A stretch of DNA of 54,791 nucleotides from Gemmatimonadota bacterium (GCA_039588495.1 JBDGZR010000005.1:1-54791), one strand, 5' to 3'. Positions 37,211 through 47,971 are shown, numbered from the stretch's first letter. Program-made: numbers and translations. Notes: generated by a model from the sequence alone, not told the origin.

Positions 37211-38095
37211 TCAGCTGCCGTCAGCCGGGCTCGGATGCCGCGCCCGCCAGCGGACGATGTTGTACTCGGCCCCGAAGATCAGCACCGCCGCCGAGAGGTA
37301 GAGCCAGAGGAGAAGCACGATGATCGATGAGAGCGGGCCGTACACGGCCTCGAAGTCGGCCAGGCGGCCCAGGTAGAACAGGAAACCGTACTTGCCGAGC
37401 TCGAACAGGACGGCTCCGAGAACGGCACCGGGCAGGATCTGTCGCCAGTGGGTCTCGATGTAAGGCGTCACCTTGTAGATCAACGCATAGATGAGGAAGG
37501 CGAAGAGCGCGGCGGCGACCGAGCCGCCGATCCGGCTCAGCGTGCCTGGGTCGATGCCCAATCTCGCCAGTAGCGTCAGGTCGAGTTTCGCCAGGATCTC
37601 GAGCGTTGCGGTCACGGAGACGGATAGGATCAGCAGGAGCGAGACGACGAGGGTCATCAGCACGTAGCGAAGCCTGGCGAGCAGATAAGGATGGGTGCGC
37701 TTCGCGCCGAGGGCTCGGTTCACGCCTCGGGTAATGGCCCCGAATCCCGCGCTGCCCGACCAGAAAAGGCCGATCAGTCCGATCGCTCCCAAGGCGCCTC
37801 GCGCGCCGACGACCGACTCCAGGTTCTGTCTCACAAGGTCGGCGCTCCCGGGCAGGAACTCGTTCAGGGAGCCGTAGAGCCGATCCCGCGCAACCTTGGA
37901 CTCGAAGAAGTATCCCGCCGCCGAGATCACCCCCAGCAGCAGCGGAAAGATCGAGAAGAACGCATAGAAGGCGATGGCGGCCGAGAGATCGGTTCCGTGG
38001 TCCTCCAGCCACTTCCGGGCGGCTCGGCGCATGATCCGCACCTCGGACATGAAGACGCCGTCGCCGGCAACAGCCTTCTCCGCCTCGGTCGTCAT
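37211..38095 (-). CDS. YihY/virulence factor BrkB family membrane protein
   Basis: AAIAFYAFFSIFPLL, PGA..GA.LFE.GK..F..YL, YG.L..IIVLLLWLY..A...IFGAE. Confidence 0.9.
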   Translation of the reverse strand: MTTEAEKAVAGDGVFMSEVRIMRRAARKWLEDHGTDLSAAIAFYAFFSIFPLLLGVISAAGYFFESKVARDRLYGSLNEFLPGSADLVRQNLESVVGARGALGAIGLIGLFWSGSAGFGAITRGVNRALGAKRTHPYLLARLRYVLMTLVVSLLLILSVSVTATLEILAKLDLTLLARLGIDPGTLSRIGGSVAAALFAFLIYALIYKVTPYIETHWRQILPGAVLGAVLFELGKYGFLFYLGRLADFEAVYGPLSSIIVLLLWLYLSAAVLIFGAEYNIVRWRARHPSPADGS

Positions 38096-38299
38096 GCTCC
38101 GCCTCTCACGCGTCCCCGCAAGCCAGCGCGCCCGTCACCCAATGGCGTGCCGAGGAGTCGTCGATTCATGACTGCCGTCGCTTCCCACTTGCCGTTTACC
38201 CGACTCCGACTTGCCGTCCAAAGCTCCCCTCAGTCTACTGGCCACTAGTGTGTAGGGGCCAAACCCGACCTGCCAGGGGGGTGAAGTGGTGATGGATTC

Positions 38300-38683
38300 A
38301 TGAAGCGTCGCCTGACGCTCTTGATCGAGAACATGGGGGAGTCCACGACCGCGTGCCTGTTGGCGATGGTGCAGGGGAACGTGCTGGCCGTCACGGCGAG
38401 CCACTGGCTGATTGCCTCCCGCACCGGGATCGTCGCGGGCCTGGTCGCCGCGGCGGTGTTGTTTGCGATTCAAAGGCTCGACAAATGGGTCATTGCCGGG
38501 ACGCTCGCGATCGTCACCGCGGTGGTGGATTTCTTCAGCCACCCGGCCCAGTTCGGGCCGTTCGCGACGGAGGCGATCGTGACCGGCCTCGTCGCCGGCG
38601 CGCTCTCGCTGCTAGTGGCGAAGGTCAGCCGCGGCTGGATGGCCCGCCGGCAGAAGGACGCCGAGAGAGCGCCGGCCCGATAG
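38300..38683 (+). CDS. Small hypothetical membrane protein
   Basis: Hydrophobic ORF; ACLLAMVQGN, HW..A..TG, EAIVTG. Confidence 0.7.
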   Translation: MKRRLTLLIENMGESTTACLLAMVQGNVLAVTASHWLIASRTGIVAGLVAAAVLFAIQRLDKWVIAGTLAIVTAVVDFFSHPAQFGPFATEAIVTGLVAGALSLLVAKVSRGWMARRQKDAERAPAR

Positions 38684-38708
38684 GCTCTAGACCAACCCCT
38701 GACATGTC

Positions 38709-38737
38709 TTGCAATAATACGATAGCCGTGCTAGCAT
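38709..38737 (+). promoter_or_regulatory. Sigma70 promoter of higBA (TTGCAA-17-TAGCAT), probably leaderless
   Basis: -10 box ends 6 nt before ATG 38744; no SD; ACG-N5-CGT dyad in the spacer. Confidence 0.65.
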
Positions 38738-38743
38738 ATAGTT

Positions 38744-39037
38744 ATGATACAGTCGTTCGCGGATGCTGGCGCGGAGGATCTGTTCAACGGACGCAACTCG
38801 AAGGCGGCCCGGCGGACTCTGCCCCGGCAGCTCTGGCGCCGCACTCAGAACAAGCTCTCTCTACTGGATTATGCGGCGGAGCTGTCCGACGTCGGGAACG
38901 TACCAGGCAACCGGCTGGAATCCCTGAAAGGCGGTCGTAAGGGCCAGTACAGCATCCGGATCAACGATCAGTACCGAATCTGCTTCCGTTGGACGGATAC
39001 CGGTCCAGAGGATGTCGAAATCGTCGACTACCACTAA
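38744..39037 (+). CDS. higB: HigB toxin (RelE/ParE, plasmid maintenance killer family)
   Basis: MIQSF, PGNRLE.LKG.RKGQYSIRINDQYRICFRW, VEIVDYH. Confidence 0.95.
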   Translation: MIQSFADAGAEDLFNGRNSKAARRTLPRQLWRRTQNKLSLLDYAAELSDVGNVPGNRLESLKGGRKGQYSIRINDQYRICFRWTDTGPEDVEIVDYH

Positions 39038-39066
39038 GGGAGTTGAAAGGAGAGAAAGGAGAAAAA

Positions 39067-39375
39067 GTGGTCAGAATACCGACACACAGGCCGCCGCCGC
39101 ATCCGGGCGAGCTGCTCCGCGAGGAGTTTCTGGAGCCACTGAAGATGACTCAGACCGAGCTGGCGGCTGCGATCGACGTGCCGTTCCAGCGCGTGAACGA
39201 CTTGGTGAATGGCCGGCGCGGGATCACTCCGGATACGGCGCTTCGGCTCGCGAAGTTATTCCGCACGACGCCGGACCTCTGGCTCGACATGCAGCGAGCG
39301 TGCGATCTCTACACCGCGTACCGAAAGGGAAGCGGCGTGCTTAAAAAGATCAAGCCGATCAAGATGGTGGCTTGA
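39067..39375 (+). CDS. higA: HigA antitoxin (VapI-type HTH)
   Basis: HPGELLREEFLEP, TQ..LA, RGITPDTALRLAKLF.TTP..W. Confidence 0.95.
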   Translation: MVRIPTHRPPPHPGELLREEFLEPLKMTQTELAAAIDVPFQRVNDLVNGRRGITPDTALRLAKLFRTTPDLWLDMQRACDLYTAYRKGSGVLKKIKPIKMVA

Positions 39376-39463
39376 AGGCCCGAGTCACTCTGACGGCGTC
39401 TGTCTGGCGGCGAGCCGACGGCAAGCGCGCTGTGTCCGAAGCGAGGAGAGAGTGAAGCACGTA

Positions 39464-39910
39464 ATGCGGACCCTCAACAACCCCGAGCACCGTCGCGAAC
39501 TGCTTGCCCGTCTGGCGCGCCTGGATCCGGCGCAGCCGCCGCGCTGGGGAAGCCTCACGCCTCCGCGGATGCTCGCGCACCTGTGCGACCAGATGCGCAT
39601 GCCGCTGAGAGACGAGTCGTCGCCACCCGTACGCGCGCCGACGCGATACCCGGTCCTTCGCGAGCTCCTCCTCTACGTACTGCCGTGGCCCAAGGGCAAG
39701 GTCCAGGCGCCTCCCGGGGCATTCGATGCCGATCCCGCCGGGTGGTCGGAGGATTTGGCCACGTTGAGCGGGCTGGTCGATGAGTACGTGAGTCTCTATC
39801 CGGACCGAGAGTGGCCGGATCATCCGCATTTCGGCCGGATGAACCGGCGTGCTTGGGGGGCGTTCTGCCACAAGCACTTCGATCACCACCTGAGGCAGTT
39901 CGGCGGCTGA
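39464..39910 (+). CDS. DUF1569/DinB-like protein
   Basis: PRWG....MLAH, HPHFG, KHFDHHLRQFG; GTG 39452 is an alternative start. Confidence 0.85.
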   Translation: MRTLNNPEHRRELLARLARLDPAQPPRWGSLTPPRMLAHLCDQMRMPLRDESSPPVRAPTRYPVLRELLLYVLPWPKGKVQAPPGAFDADPAGWSEDLATLSGLVDEYVSLYPDREWPDHPHFGRMNRRAWGAFCHKHFDHHLRQFGG

Positions 39911-40059
39911 GTAGGCGGTCGTCGACGTCCGCAGGCGGCGGTCGTCCCGAGCGCGCAAGAAGTCCTGTTCGACACCTCGACCGGATCGCTGTGCCGACCG
40001 TCGCCCTGTAGTGGATCTCCCGACTTGACCGGTTCACGACGGCTCCCGAGCCTTCCTCC

Positions 40060-41871
40060 ATGAGTCGCGCGATCCTCTTCCTCGTCGTCTTCGCCTTCCT
40101 GACCCCCGTCCCGGCAGCGCTTGGCCAGAACGTCAACGTCGAAGTCCGGGTCGACGGCCTGACGGAGGAGCTGGAGCAGAACGTGAGGGCGGTCAGCAGC
40201 CTGGAACGCGCTTCTCGCCAGGGCGGGCGCTCCGCGGCGACGGTCCTCTGGTTCTTCGATCGGGCGCCGGCCGAGATCGAGCTCGCGCTGCAGCCCTTCG
40301 GCTTCTACCGGCCGACGATCGAGGCCGATCTCCAAAGGCAGGAGGCGCCGTGGGTCGCGCGCTTCGTGATCGACCCCGGGCCTCCGACGATCGTCACCGC
40401 GGTGAATGTCCGTGTGTCGGGTCCCGGAGAAGCGGACTCGGCCTTCGCAGCCGCGGTCGACGAATTCCCGCTCACGGTCGACGACACCCTGAATCATGCC
40501 CTCTACGAGGAGGGAAAGAGGCGGATCACCGCGATCGCGGCTGAGCGAGGATACCTGGATGCCGCCTTCCAGACGCACGAGATCCGGGTGGACGTGCCGC
40601 GCTCCACTGCCGAGATCACGCTCGACTTCCGCAGCGGGCCCCGCTTCCAGTTCGGCCCGGTGACCATCCACCAGGACATCGTCCACCCCCGGCGCATGGG
40701 GGGCTACGTCACCATGGAGCCGGGGGATCCGTTCAGCGCGCAGGCGCTGCTAGACCTCCAGAGCAACCTCGAGGCCGCTACATACGTTCAGCGGGCCGAG
40801 GTTCGGGTCGAAAGGGAGGGCGCGGAGGGGCTTCAGGTGCCGGTCGCGGTCGACGTGTATCCTACCCGGCCCGCCCGCTTCGAGCTCGGCGCCGGCTACG
40901 GGACCGATACCGGGGTTCGCGGCACGTTCGAGGTGCTGTTTCGGCGCCTCAATCGCTGGGGACATACCGGCACCTTCCGGGCGGAAGTCTCGCAGATAGA
41001 GCTCAGCGCGGCGTTCGAGTACGAGATCCCGCCGATCTTCCCCCGGACCGCGACCTGGAGCCTCGTTGGCGGCATCGGCGACTTCAGCCCCGAATGGAGC
41101 ACGACGTTTCTTCGGACCCTGGGGATGAGGCTCAGGGTCAGCCGCTGGGGCCTGCTCTCGGTCTTCGGCGTGAGCTACGACATCGACACGTTCCGAATCG
41201 GCGAGGCGGAGAAGGTGGAAGGCGAGGAGCGCCCGCCGCCTCTTCAGGAAGGTGACTCGAACCTCCTCAACTTCTCATTCAGCTCGACGAAGTCCGTCAT
41301 CGAAGGCGCCCCGCGGACCCTACACGGCGTGCGGATTCGCGTCGGCGCCGTGGGCGCGAGCAAGTCCCTCGGCTCGAGCGCCAGCTACTTCCTGCCGACG
41401 CTGAACGCGAAATGGGTCCAGGAGGTCCTGCCCAAGACGCGGATCCTCGTTCGCGGGCAGCTGGGGCAGAACTTCACCGGCGACTTCCCCGATTTGCCGC
41501 CCAGTGCCCGCTTCGTCGCCGGCGGGGTTGAGAGCGTGCGCGGCTACGCCTTCCAGTCCCTGGGTCCGATGCTGCCCGGGCCGGACGGGGAGCTCGTTCT
41601 TGTCGGCGGCAAGTCGCTGCTCACGGGCAGCTTCGAAGCGGACGTCATCTTCCCCACCGGCAAGCTGGGCCAGTTGGGGTTCGCCGTCTTCGTGGACACC
41701 GGCAACGCCCTTCGGTCGTTCTCTGACATCCGGCTCGAGACCGGTGTCGGAGCGGGTCTGCGGTGGGTCTCGCCGGTGGGCGTGGTCCGACTGGACGGCG
41801 CCTTCGGGGTCAGCCAGCCCGGCCCCCCGTTTCGGATCCACTTCAGCATGGGGCCGGACATCGCGCCATGA
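40060..41871 (+). CDS. tamA: Translocation and assembly module TamA (Omp85)
   Basis: POTRA repeats, GAGYGTDTG, RFVAGG.ESVRGY, GLRW.SPVG.VRLD. Confidence 0.9.
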   Translation: MSRAILFLVVFAFLTPVPAALGQNVNVEVRVDGLTEELEQNVRAVSSLERASRQGGRSAATVLWFFDRAPAEIELALQPFGFYRPTIEADLQRQEAPWVARFVIDPGPPTIVTAVNVRVSGPGEADSAFAAAVDEFPLTVDDTLNHALYEEGKRRITAIAAERGYLDAAFQTHEIRVDVPRSTAEITLDFRSGPRFQFGPVTIHQDIVHPRRMGGYVTMEPGDPFSAQALLDLQSNLEAATYVQRAEVRVEREGAEGLQVPVAVDVYPTRPARFELGAGYGTDTGVRGTFEVLFRRLNRWGHTGTFRAEVSQIELSAAFEYEIPPIFPRTATWSLVGGIGDFSPEWSTTFLRTLGMRLRVSRWGLLSVFGVSYDIDTFRIGEAEKVEGEERPPPLQEGDSNLLNFSFSSTKSVIEGAPRTLHGVRIRVGAVGASKSLGSSASYFLPTLNAKWVQEVLPKTRILVRGQLGQNFTGDFPDLPPSARFVAGGVESVRGYAFQSLGPMLPGPDGELVLVGGKSLLTGSFEADVIFPTGKLGQLGFAVFVDTGNALRSFSDIRLETGVGAGLRWVSPVGVVRLDGAFGVSQPGPPFRIHFSMGPDIAP

Positions 41872-44800
41872 AGAGATGGATCAGGGTCTCGCTGATGGGC
41901 CTTTCGGCGATCCTCCTCGCCGGTGGAGCGTTGGCGTGGTTTGGCTTGATGACGGCGCCGGGTGCCCGTCTGGTGCTGGACTTCGTCGAGCCCCGGATCC
42001 CGGGCACTCTCTCGTACGCAGGGTTGAGGGGCCGTCTAATCGGTCCACTGGAGCTCGAGGGCGTTCGCTACGCGAACGGAGCCGTGGAGGTGCGCGCGGA
42101 GAACCTTGCCCTCGACTGGCATCCTCTCGCCCTGTTCGACGGTCGCCTTCACCTCGACAGGCTGTATCTGCAGGGCGTGGATGGCATGTTCGATCCGAAT
42201 GCCCTGCCCGATGGTGAGGACGACGGAGATAAGAAGAACGGCGAAGGGCAGGATGGGGCGCAGGACGCGGGCGAGGGAGCGGGCGGGCTCCCTCTCGTTA
42301 TCGAGTTCAACGACCTGTTGGCGACAGGCGTCACCTTCGTGGCCGGAGACTGGGCTGCCCTCAGGGAGACGAGCCTCTCCGCCACCGGCACGCTGGATGG
42401 CTTCGCGGTCGAGCTGAGCGGTCAGCTCAGTGCCGACCCGCTCCCGGTTTCGACGATCGCTCTCGCCGGCAGCGGGAGCCTGAACGGAGTATCGTTGGAT
42501 TCGCTCAGCCTGGTCAGCGGGGTCGGAACGATCGCGGCATCGGGAGGCGTCGACTGGCAGCCCGACCTCACGTGGGACCTCATCGTGCGCGGCGACTCTC
42601 TGGCGCCGGGTACCATGGCCGAGGTCCCCGCGGACTGGCCCGGATGGCTCAGCCTGAGGGCCGCCTCTCGAGGATCGCTGATCGGCGGCACGCCGACCGC
42701 CGATATCGCGGTCGACACTCTCCACGGATCCGTGCGTGGCTATCCGATCTCGGGCAGGGCGGCGCTGGAGGTCGACGGCTCGAGGATTCTGGTGCCGGAC
42801 ACGGACCTTGAGTGGGGCCCCCTGTCGATCCGCGCCGATGGGGTCTACGCGGACACGATCGACATCGGGTTCGAGATCGAGGCGCCGGATCTGGCGGGCG
42901 TCCTTCCGGGTGGTCGCGGCAGCGTCCGAGCGGAGGGAAGAGCGTCCGGACCGCGGAGCCTCCCCCACGTGAACGCGAGCCTCAGCGCCCGCGGCGCCGC
43001 GTACGGCGACGTCACGCTCCGGAGCGCGGAGGGCCGCGTCACGCTCGACCTCGGCCCGAGCGGAGCCGTCGATGCGGTGGTGTTCGTGAGCGGCCTCGAG
43101 ACTCCACAGTTGGCCATCGACGAGCTGGATGCCGCCGTCCGCGGCAGGGTCGACGCTCACCGCTTGAGCCTCCAGGCGAGCAACGATGAGTACGCGCTCG
43201 CGGTCGACGCGGAGGGAGGGGTGGCCGGAGCGATCTGGCGGGGTGTGCTCGAGGCGATCGAGATCGAGACCCCTCGAGTGGGTGACTGGGCTCTCCAGGA
43301 GCCCGTGCGGCTGGAGCTCTCGCAGGGCACCGTCTCGCTGGGCGAGCTGTGCCTGGCGAGCGGGGAAGGAAGGCTCTGCGCCGCGGGTGAGTTCGCCGGC
43401 GAGGATACCTGGAAGGCGGTCGCCTCGCTCGACGGGATTCCGTTGGCGATCGCGAGGCCTTTCCTACCTCCCGACCTGTCCCTCGAGGGCACCGTCGACG
43501 GGTCGCTCGACCTCGCCTCGGGCGACACGGCTCTACCCGTCGGGCGGGCCGAGATCTCGCTGTCCTCCGGGCACGCGGCATTCGTACTCTCCGACGACAC
43601 GCTTCGCGTAAGCCATGTCGGGGATCTGAAGTTGGAGTCGTCCGCCGAAGGCCTGAGTGCTGAACTGGCCTGGATGCCGGCCTTGGCGGACGGGGGAGGG
43701 TCAGCTCGGATCCACGTCGGTCTCGTCAGCGCGGACATCCTCTCCGAGCTGGAGCGGGGCGATCCTTTGACGGCTCTGGTCCGCGGCGACTGGAAAGCGG
43801 AAGCCTCGATCGAGGAGCTCCAGCTTTCGGCGTTGGAGGCGTTCCTGCCTTCGGATTTGGGCGCCGAGGGCGCACTGAGAGCCACTCTGGACGCCACGGC
43901 CGAAGCCGGCCGCGTCAGCGGCGCGCTCTTCCTGGAGCCATCGAGCGGCTCGATCGAGCTGGCCGAAGACGCCGAGACGGAGGCCCTCGAGCTCAGAGAG
44001 CTCTCGGTTCAGGTCGACGCCGACGACGCGGGCGTGATCGGAACGATCGGCTTCTCCCTCCACGGCCTGGGCGGCCGCTCACTCGGCGGCATGCGGGTCG
44101 AGGCCCGCTCCGATGCGATCGTTCTCGGCCGGCCGCTCACCGATCGCGTGCTCGAGGCCGATGTCGAGGGATCCTTCGATCTAGCGACACTGACGACGCT
44201 GACGCACGGCTTCGTCGACGCCACCGGGAGCGCGGATCTCGACTTCTCTCTCAGGCACGAGTCGGGCGACTTCGAAGCTCTGGGTGGGGCACGAGCCGAG
44301 GGACGGGCGGACGTCGAGGTGCTCGGCATCGCGCTGGAGGACCTGAGCCTTACCGTCGACGCGGACGGTGAGCGGCTGGTGATCGACGGGCGCGTTTCCT
44401 CTGGCGAGGGCCGCCTCACGCTCAGCGGCGAGAAGGTGCGGGGAGAGTCGACCTCCATGCAGTTGGAGGGAGATCGCTTCCTGGCCGCCGCCAGGGACGA
44501 GCTCCGGCTCGAGCTCACTCCCGATCTCCGGCTCGAGGCCAGCGGCACCCGCATCGATCTGTCGGGCGAGGTCGTCGTTCCCCATGCTCGAATCGAGCTT
44601 CTCGAGGTGCCCTCTACCGGGGTCGGGGTCTCCAGCGATGTCGTACTGCTGGGAGTGGAAACCGAACCCGAGCTCGAGGAATCCAGCCTCGTGGAGATCT
44701 TCACCGATGTCATGCTCTCCCTTGGCGACGACGTGTCCTTCCGGGGCCTGGGGCTCACCACCATGATCGACGGATCGCTCAGGGTGACGGACCGACCGGA

Positions 44801-45413
44801 CACGCCGAGCCGAGGGGACGGTGTTCTGAGCTTGCGTGACGGACGGTTTCGAGGCTTCGGGTTGAACCTGGTCGTCGATCCGGGCGAGATGATCTTCTCC
44901 GGTCCGCTCGACAAGCCGAGGCTCCGGATCGTCGCGTATCGACAGGCGGACGATGGCACGCGCGCGGGAGTCGCGGTCAACGGTCCGGCCGACGGAGCCC
45001 GCCTCGACATCTGGTCCGAACCGCCTCTGAGCGATCAAGAGGCCGTGTCGTACATGTTCTCCGGCCAGCCGCTCGACCGAGGCAGCACCCAGCTCAACCG
45101 AGCCAACGCCCAGGAGCTCCAGGCTGAGGGTGGATCGGCCCTCATGGGCTCGAACGTGTTGACCCAGGCTGCGGGCATGGCCATCGGTCTCGACGAGACG
45201 CGGATCGACGCCGGCGATAGAAGGGAAGACGCGGAGTTCATCGCCGGGAAGTACATCACGCCGCGACTCTACGTGGCTTACGTTACCGGACTGTTTGAGG
45301 CCGTCAACTTGCTTCGCATCCGCTACACGTTGTACAAGGGCTTCAGGCTTCAAGTGGAGACGGGAACCCGTTCGACGGCCGATCTGCTCTACCGGTTCGA
45401 CGTCGGGCGGTGA
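41868..45413 (+). CDS. tamB: Translocation and assembly module TamB
   Basis: ATGA overlap with tamA; N-terminal anchor; C-terminal DUF490 GKYITPRLYVAY. Confidence 0.9.
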   Translation: MKRWIRVSLMGLSAILLAGGALAWFGLMTAPGARLVLDFVEPRIPGTLSYAGLRGRLIGPLELEGVRYANGAVEVRAENLALDWHPLALFDGRLHLDRLYLQGVDGMFDPNALPDGEDDGDKKNGEGQDGAQDAGEGAGGLPLVIEFNDLLATGVTFVAGDWAALRETSLSATGTLDGFAVELSGQLSADPLPVSTIALAGSGSLNGVSLDSLSLVSGVGTIAASGGVDWQPDLTWDLIVRGDSLAPGTMAEVPADWPGWLSLRAASRGSLIGGTPTADIAVDTLHGSVRGYPISGRAALEVDGSRILVPDTDLEWGPLSIRADGVYADTIDIGFEIEAPDLAGVLPGGRGSVRAEGRASGPRSLPHVNASLSARGAAYGDVTLRSAEGRVTLDLGPSGAVDAVVFVSGLETPQLAIDELDAAVRGRVDAHRLSLQASNDEYALAVDAEGGVAGAIWRGVLEAIEIETPRVGDWALQEPVRLELSQGTVSLGELCLASGEGRLCAAGEFAGEDTWKAVASLDGIPLAIARPFLPPDLSLEGTVDGSLDLASGDTALPVGRAEISLSSGHAAFVLSDDTLRVSHVGDLKLESSAEGLSAELAWMPALADGGGSARIHVGLVSADILSELERGDPLTALVRGDWKAEASIEELQLSALEAFLPSDLGAEGALRATLDATAEAGRVSGALFLEPSSGSIELAEDAETEALELRELSVQVDADDAGVIGTIGFSLHGLGGRSLGGMRVEARSDAIVLGRPLTDRVLEADVEGSFDLATLTTLTHGFVDATGSADLDFSLRHESGDFEALGGARAEGRADVEVLGIALEDLSLTVDADGERLVIDGRVSSGEGRLTLSGEKVRGESTSMQLEGDRFLAAARDELRLELTPDLRLEASGTRIDLSGEVVVPHARIELLEVPSTGVGVSSDVVLLGVETEPELEESSLVEIFTDVMLSLGDDVSFRGLGLTTMIDGSLRVTDRPDTPSRGDGVLSLRDGRFRGFGLNLVVDPGEMIFSGPLDKPRLRIVAYRQADDGTRAGVAVNGPADGARLDIWSEPPLSDQEAVSYMFSGQPLDRGSTQLNRANAQELQAEGGSALMGSNVLTQAAGMAIGLDETRIDAGDRREDAEFIAGKYITPRLYVAYVTGLFEAVNLLRIRYTLYKGFRLQVETGTRSTADLLYRFDVGR

Positions 45414-45577
45414 CCGGCAAGCGACCGACCGGGTGCCTCAGCGCTGTCGACGCAGCGCCGCCGGTGTGAGGCCGTCGGCGAGAGCAGGTCCGCGTCCCGG
45501 TTTCCACTCTCGGCGCGACCACGTACCTTAAGCTCCCGCGCGTCCCCCACTGCACATCAACCACGAGGATCAGGCAC

Positions 45578-47506
45578 ATGCACGCTCGAATAGTCCTCTC
45601 CGTCTCGCTGATCGCGGTCGCCATGACCGCCGCCGCAGCTCCGCTGGCGGCGCAGGATCCGATCCCTCCCAGCGAGGGGCTGGAGAGCGCTTTCCCCGAA
45701 AGGAGACCGTTCTCGCCCTATGCCGGGCGCAACTTCCCGACCCATGTGTTCTGGGGCGACACCCACGTCCACACAGCGATGTCGATGGACGCCGGCGCGT
45801 TCGGGGCCCGCCTCACACCCGAAGACGCATACCGCTTCGCTCGCGGGGAAGAGGTGATCTCGTCGACGGGGCTTCCTGTGAAGCTATTCCGGCCGCTCGA
45901 CTTCATCGTCGTCTCAGACCACTCGGACAACATGGGCTTCTTCCCTCGTCTCTATGAGGGAGATCCTGAGTTTCTGGCCGATGAGACCGGGAAGCGCTGG
46001 TACGAGATGATCCAGAGAGGCGGCCAGGAGGGCGTGCAGGTGGCTGTCGAGGTCATCACCGGCTTCACGCAGGGGACCTTCCCGCCGGCGCTCGAGTCGC
46101 GTCCGGGAACGGCGGCCTACCGGGACGCCTGGGATGAGGCGATCGATGCGGCCGAGGAGTACAACGCTCCCGGGAGTTTCACCGCCTTCATCGGCTACGA
46201 GTGGACGTCGACGACCGGTGGCTACAACCTCCACCGCGTGGTCATCTACCGGGATGGTGAGGCCAAGGCCGGCGTGATGACCCCCTACACGACGCTGACC
46301 CCCGAGGGAAGCGACGACCCGGTCGACCTCTGGGAGTGGATGGCGCAGTACGAGGACAAAACCGGGGGGCGGCTGCTGGCGATCGCCCACAACGGAAACC
46401 TCAGCAACGGGATCATGTTCCCGCTCGAAGAGACCTTCTCGGGTCGGCCGGTGGATGGCTCGTACGCGCAGACCAGAGCCAAGTGGGAGCCCCTGTATGA
46501 AGCCACGCAGATCAAGGGCGACGGCGAGACCCACCCCTTCCTGTCGCCGGACGACGAGTTCGCCGACTACGAGACCTGGGACCAGGGCAACCTGGATCTC
46601 TCGGCGCGCAAGGAGGACTGGATGCTCGAGTTCGAGTATGCCCGATCGGGCCTCGGCGTCGGCCTGCAGATCGAGGAAAGGCTCGGCACCAACCCGTACA
46701 AGTTCGGCATGATCGGCTCGACCGACAGCCACACGGCGCTGGCCACTGCCGAAGAGGAGAACTTCTTCGGCAAGCACTCGGGCTCGGAGCCGGGTCCGAA
46801 GCGCTGGGAGCACCCCATGGCCAAGATGGGCGACGTCGAGTACGCAGGCTGGTCGATGGCCGGGTCGGGCTACGCGGGCGTCTGGGCGCACGATAACACC
46901 CGCGAGGCGCTGTTCGACGCCATGATGCGGAAGGAGACCTACGCCACCACCGGCCCCCGGATGATCGTACGCTTCTTCGGCGGCTGGGACTTCACTCAGG
47001 CAGATGCGAAGAGCCGACTCCCGGCCAATCAGGGGTACGCCAGAGGCGTCCCGATGGGCGGCGATCTCAGCGCTGCCCCCGCCGGCAAGTCGCCCACCTT
47101 CCTGGTGGCGGCCCTGCGGGACGTGATCTCGGGCAACCTGGACCGGATCCAGATCGTCAAGACTTGGCTCGATGACGGAGAGCGGATGGAGCGGGTGTAC
47201 GATGTGGTCTGGGCGGGTAATCGGACTCCGGGCGCGGACGGGGTGCTGCCGCCGGTTGGGAACACGGTCGATGTGGCCAATGCGACCTGGACGAACACGA
47301 TCGGTGCGCCGGAACTGATCGGCGTGTGGACGGATCCGGACTTCGATCCGTCGGTGCGGGCGGCATACTACGCCCGGGTGATCGAGATTCCCACACCGAG
47401 ATGGACAGCCTACGAAGCGCTCCGCTTCGGCGTCACCATGCCCGACGAAGTACCCATGATCACCCAGGAGCGGGCCTACACCAGTCCGATCTGGTATACG
47501 CCCTGA
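45578..47506 (+). CDS. DUF3604 secreted PHP-like protein
   Basis: WGDTHVHT, DHS, GYEWT, NLHR, HNGN.SNG, GSTDSH, QERAYTSPIWYTP. Confidence 0.9.
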   Translation: MHARIVLSVSLIAVAMTAAAAPLAAQDPIPPSEGLESAFPERRPFSPYAGRNFPTHVFWGDTHVHTAMSMDAGAFGARLTPEDAYRFARGEEVISSTGLPVKLFRPLDFIVVSDHSDNMGFFPRLYEGDPEFLADETGKRWYEMIQRGGQEGVQVAVEVITGFTQGTFPPALESRPGTAAYRDAWDEAIDAAEEYNAPGSFTAFIGYEWTSTTGGYNLHRVVIYRDGEAKAGVMTPYTTLTPEGSDDPVDLWEWMAQYEDKTGGRLLAIAHNGNLSNGIMFPLEETFSGRPVDGSYAQTRAKWEPLYEATQIKGDGETHPFLSPDDEFADYETWDQGNLDLSARKEDWMLEFEYARSGLGVGLQIEERLGTNPYKFGMIGSTDSHTALATAEEENFFGKHSGSEPGPKRWEHPMAKMGDVEYAGWSMAGSGYAGVWAHDNTREALFDAMMRKETYATTGPRMIVRFFGGWDFTQADAKSRLPANQGYARGVPMGGDLSAAPAGKSPTFLVAALRDVISGNLDRIQIVKTWLDDGERMERVYDVVWAGNRTPGADGVLPPVGNTVDVANATWTNTIGAPELIGVWTDPDFDPSVRAAYYARVIEIPTPRWTAYEALRFGVTMPDEVPMITQERAYTSPIWYTP

Positions 47507-47575
47507 TGGTGCGGGCCGCGCGGATCGTGCGCGGCCCACCATTGCACGGACAGCAGAACCAAAAGAGGAAGAAAC

Positions 47576-47971
47576 ATGAGCGAATCCGGCATGCGTTTCA
47601 TCGAGCCGCCGCAGCCCGACGATCGTGTCGTGGCCGTCGAGATGAAGGGCGAGATGACGGGAGAAGACATGAAGGCGATGGTCGAGCGGTTTCAGGCCGT
47701 CCTGGACCGGGGCGAGAAAGCGCTTCTCTTCATCGACATGACGGGCTACGAAGGCTTCGAGCTCGGGGTCATCGGGGAGAAGTTCAAGAACATAGGGATG
47801 CTGTGGAACGCTCTCGACAAGTATGCCGTCGTCGGCGACAAGCGGTGGATGGAGGCCTGGATCAAGATCATCGACCCCCTGACGAGCCCGCAGATCAAGC
47901 ACTTCCAGCCCGAGGAGACCGAGGCGGCCTGGGCGTGGCTCCTGGCCTCCGAGTCGGTCGGGAGCACCTAG
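47576..47971 (+). CDS. STAS/SEC14 (SpoIIAA-like) domain protein
   Basis: VAV.MKG.MT.ED, KYAVVGD..W, IKHF..E..AAW.WL. Confidence 0.8.
   Translation: MSESGMRFIEPPQPDDRVVAVEMKGEMTGEDMKAMVERFQAVLDRGEKALLFIDMTGYEGFELGVIGEKFKNIGMLWNALDKYAVVGDKRWMEAWIKIIDPLTSPQIKHFQPEETEAAWAWLLASESVGST

Noticed and set aside
38744-39375. higBA as a marker of a mobile element
   Set aside because: No integrase, transposase, att repeats or flanking tRNA seen
363-47902. Long antisense or alternative-frame ORFs (e.g. 363-2393, 13814-15229, 24947-26755, 30024-32090, 45914-47902)
   Set aside because: Shadow ORFs expected in high-GC DNA; they overlap well-supported genes and lack family motifs
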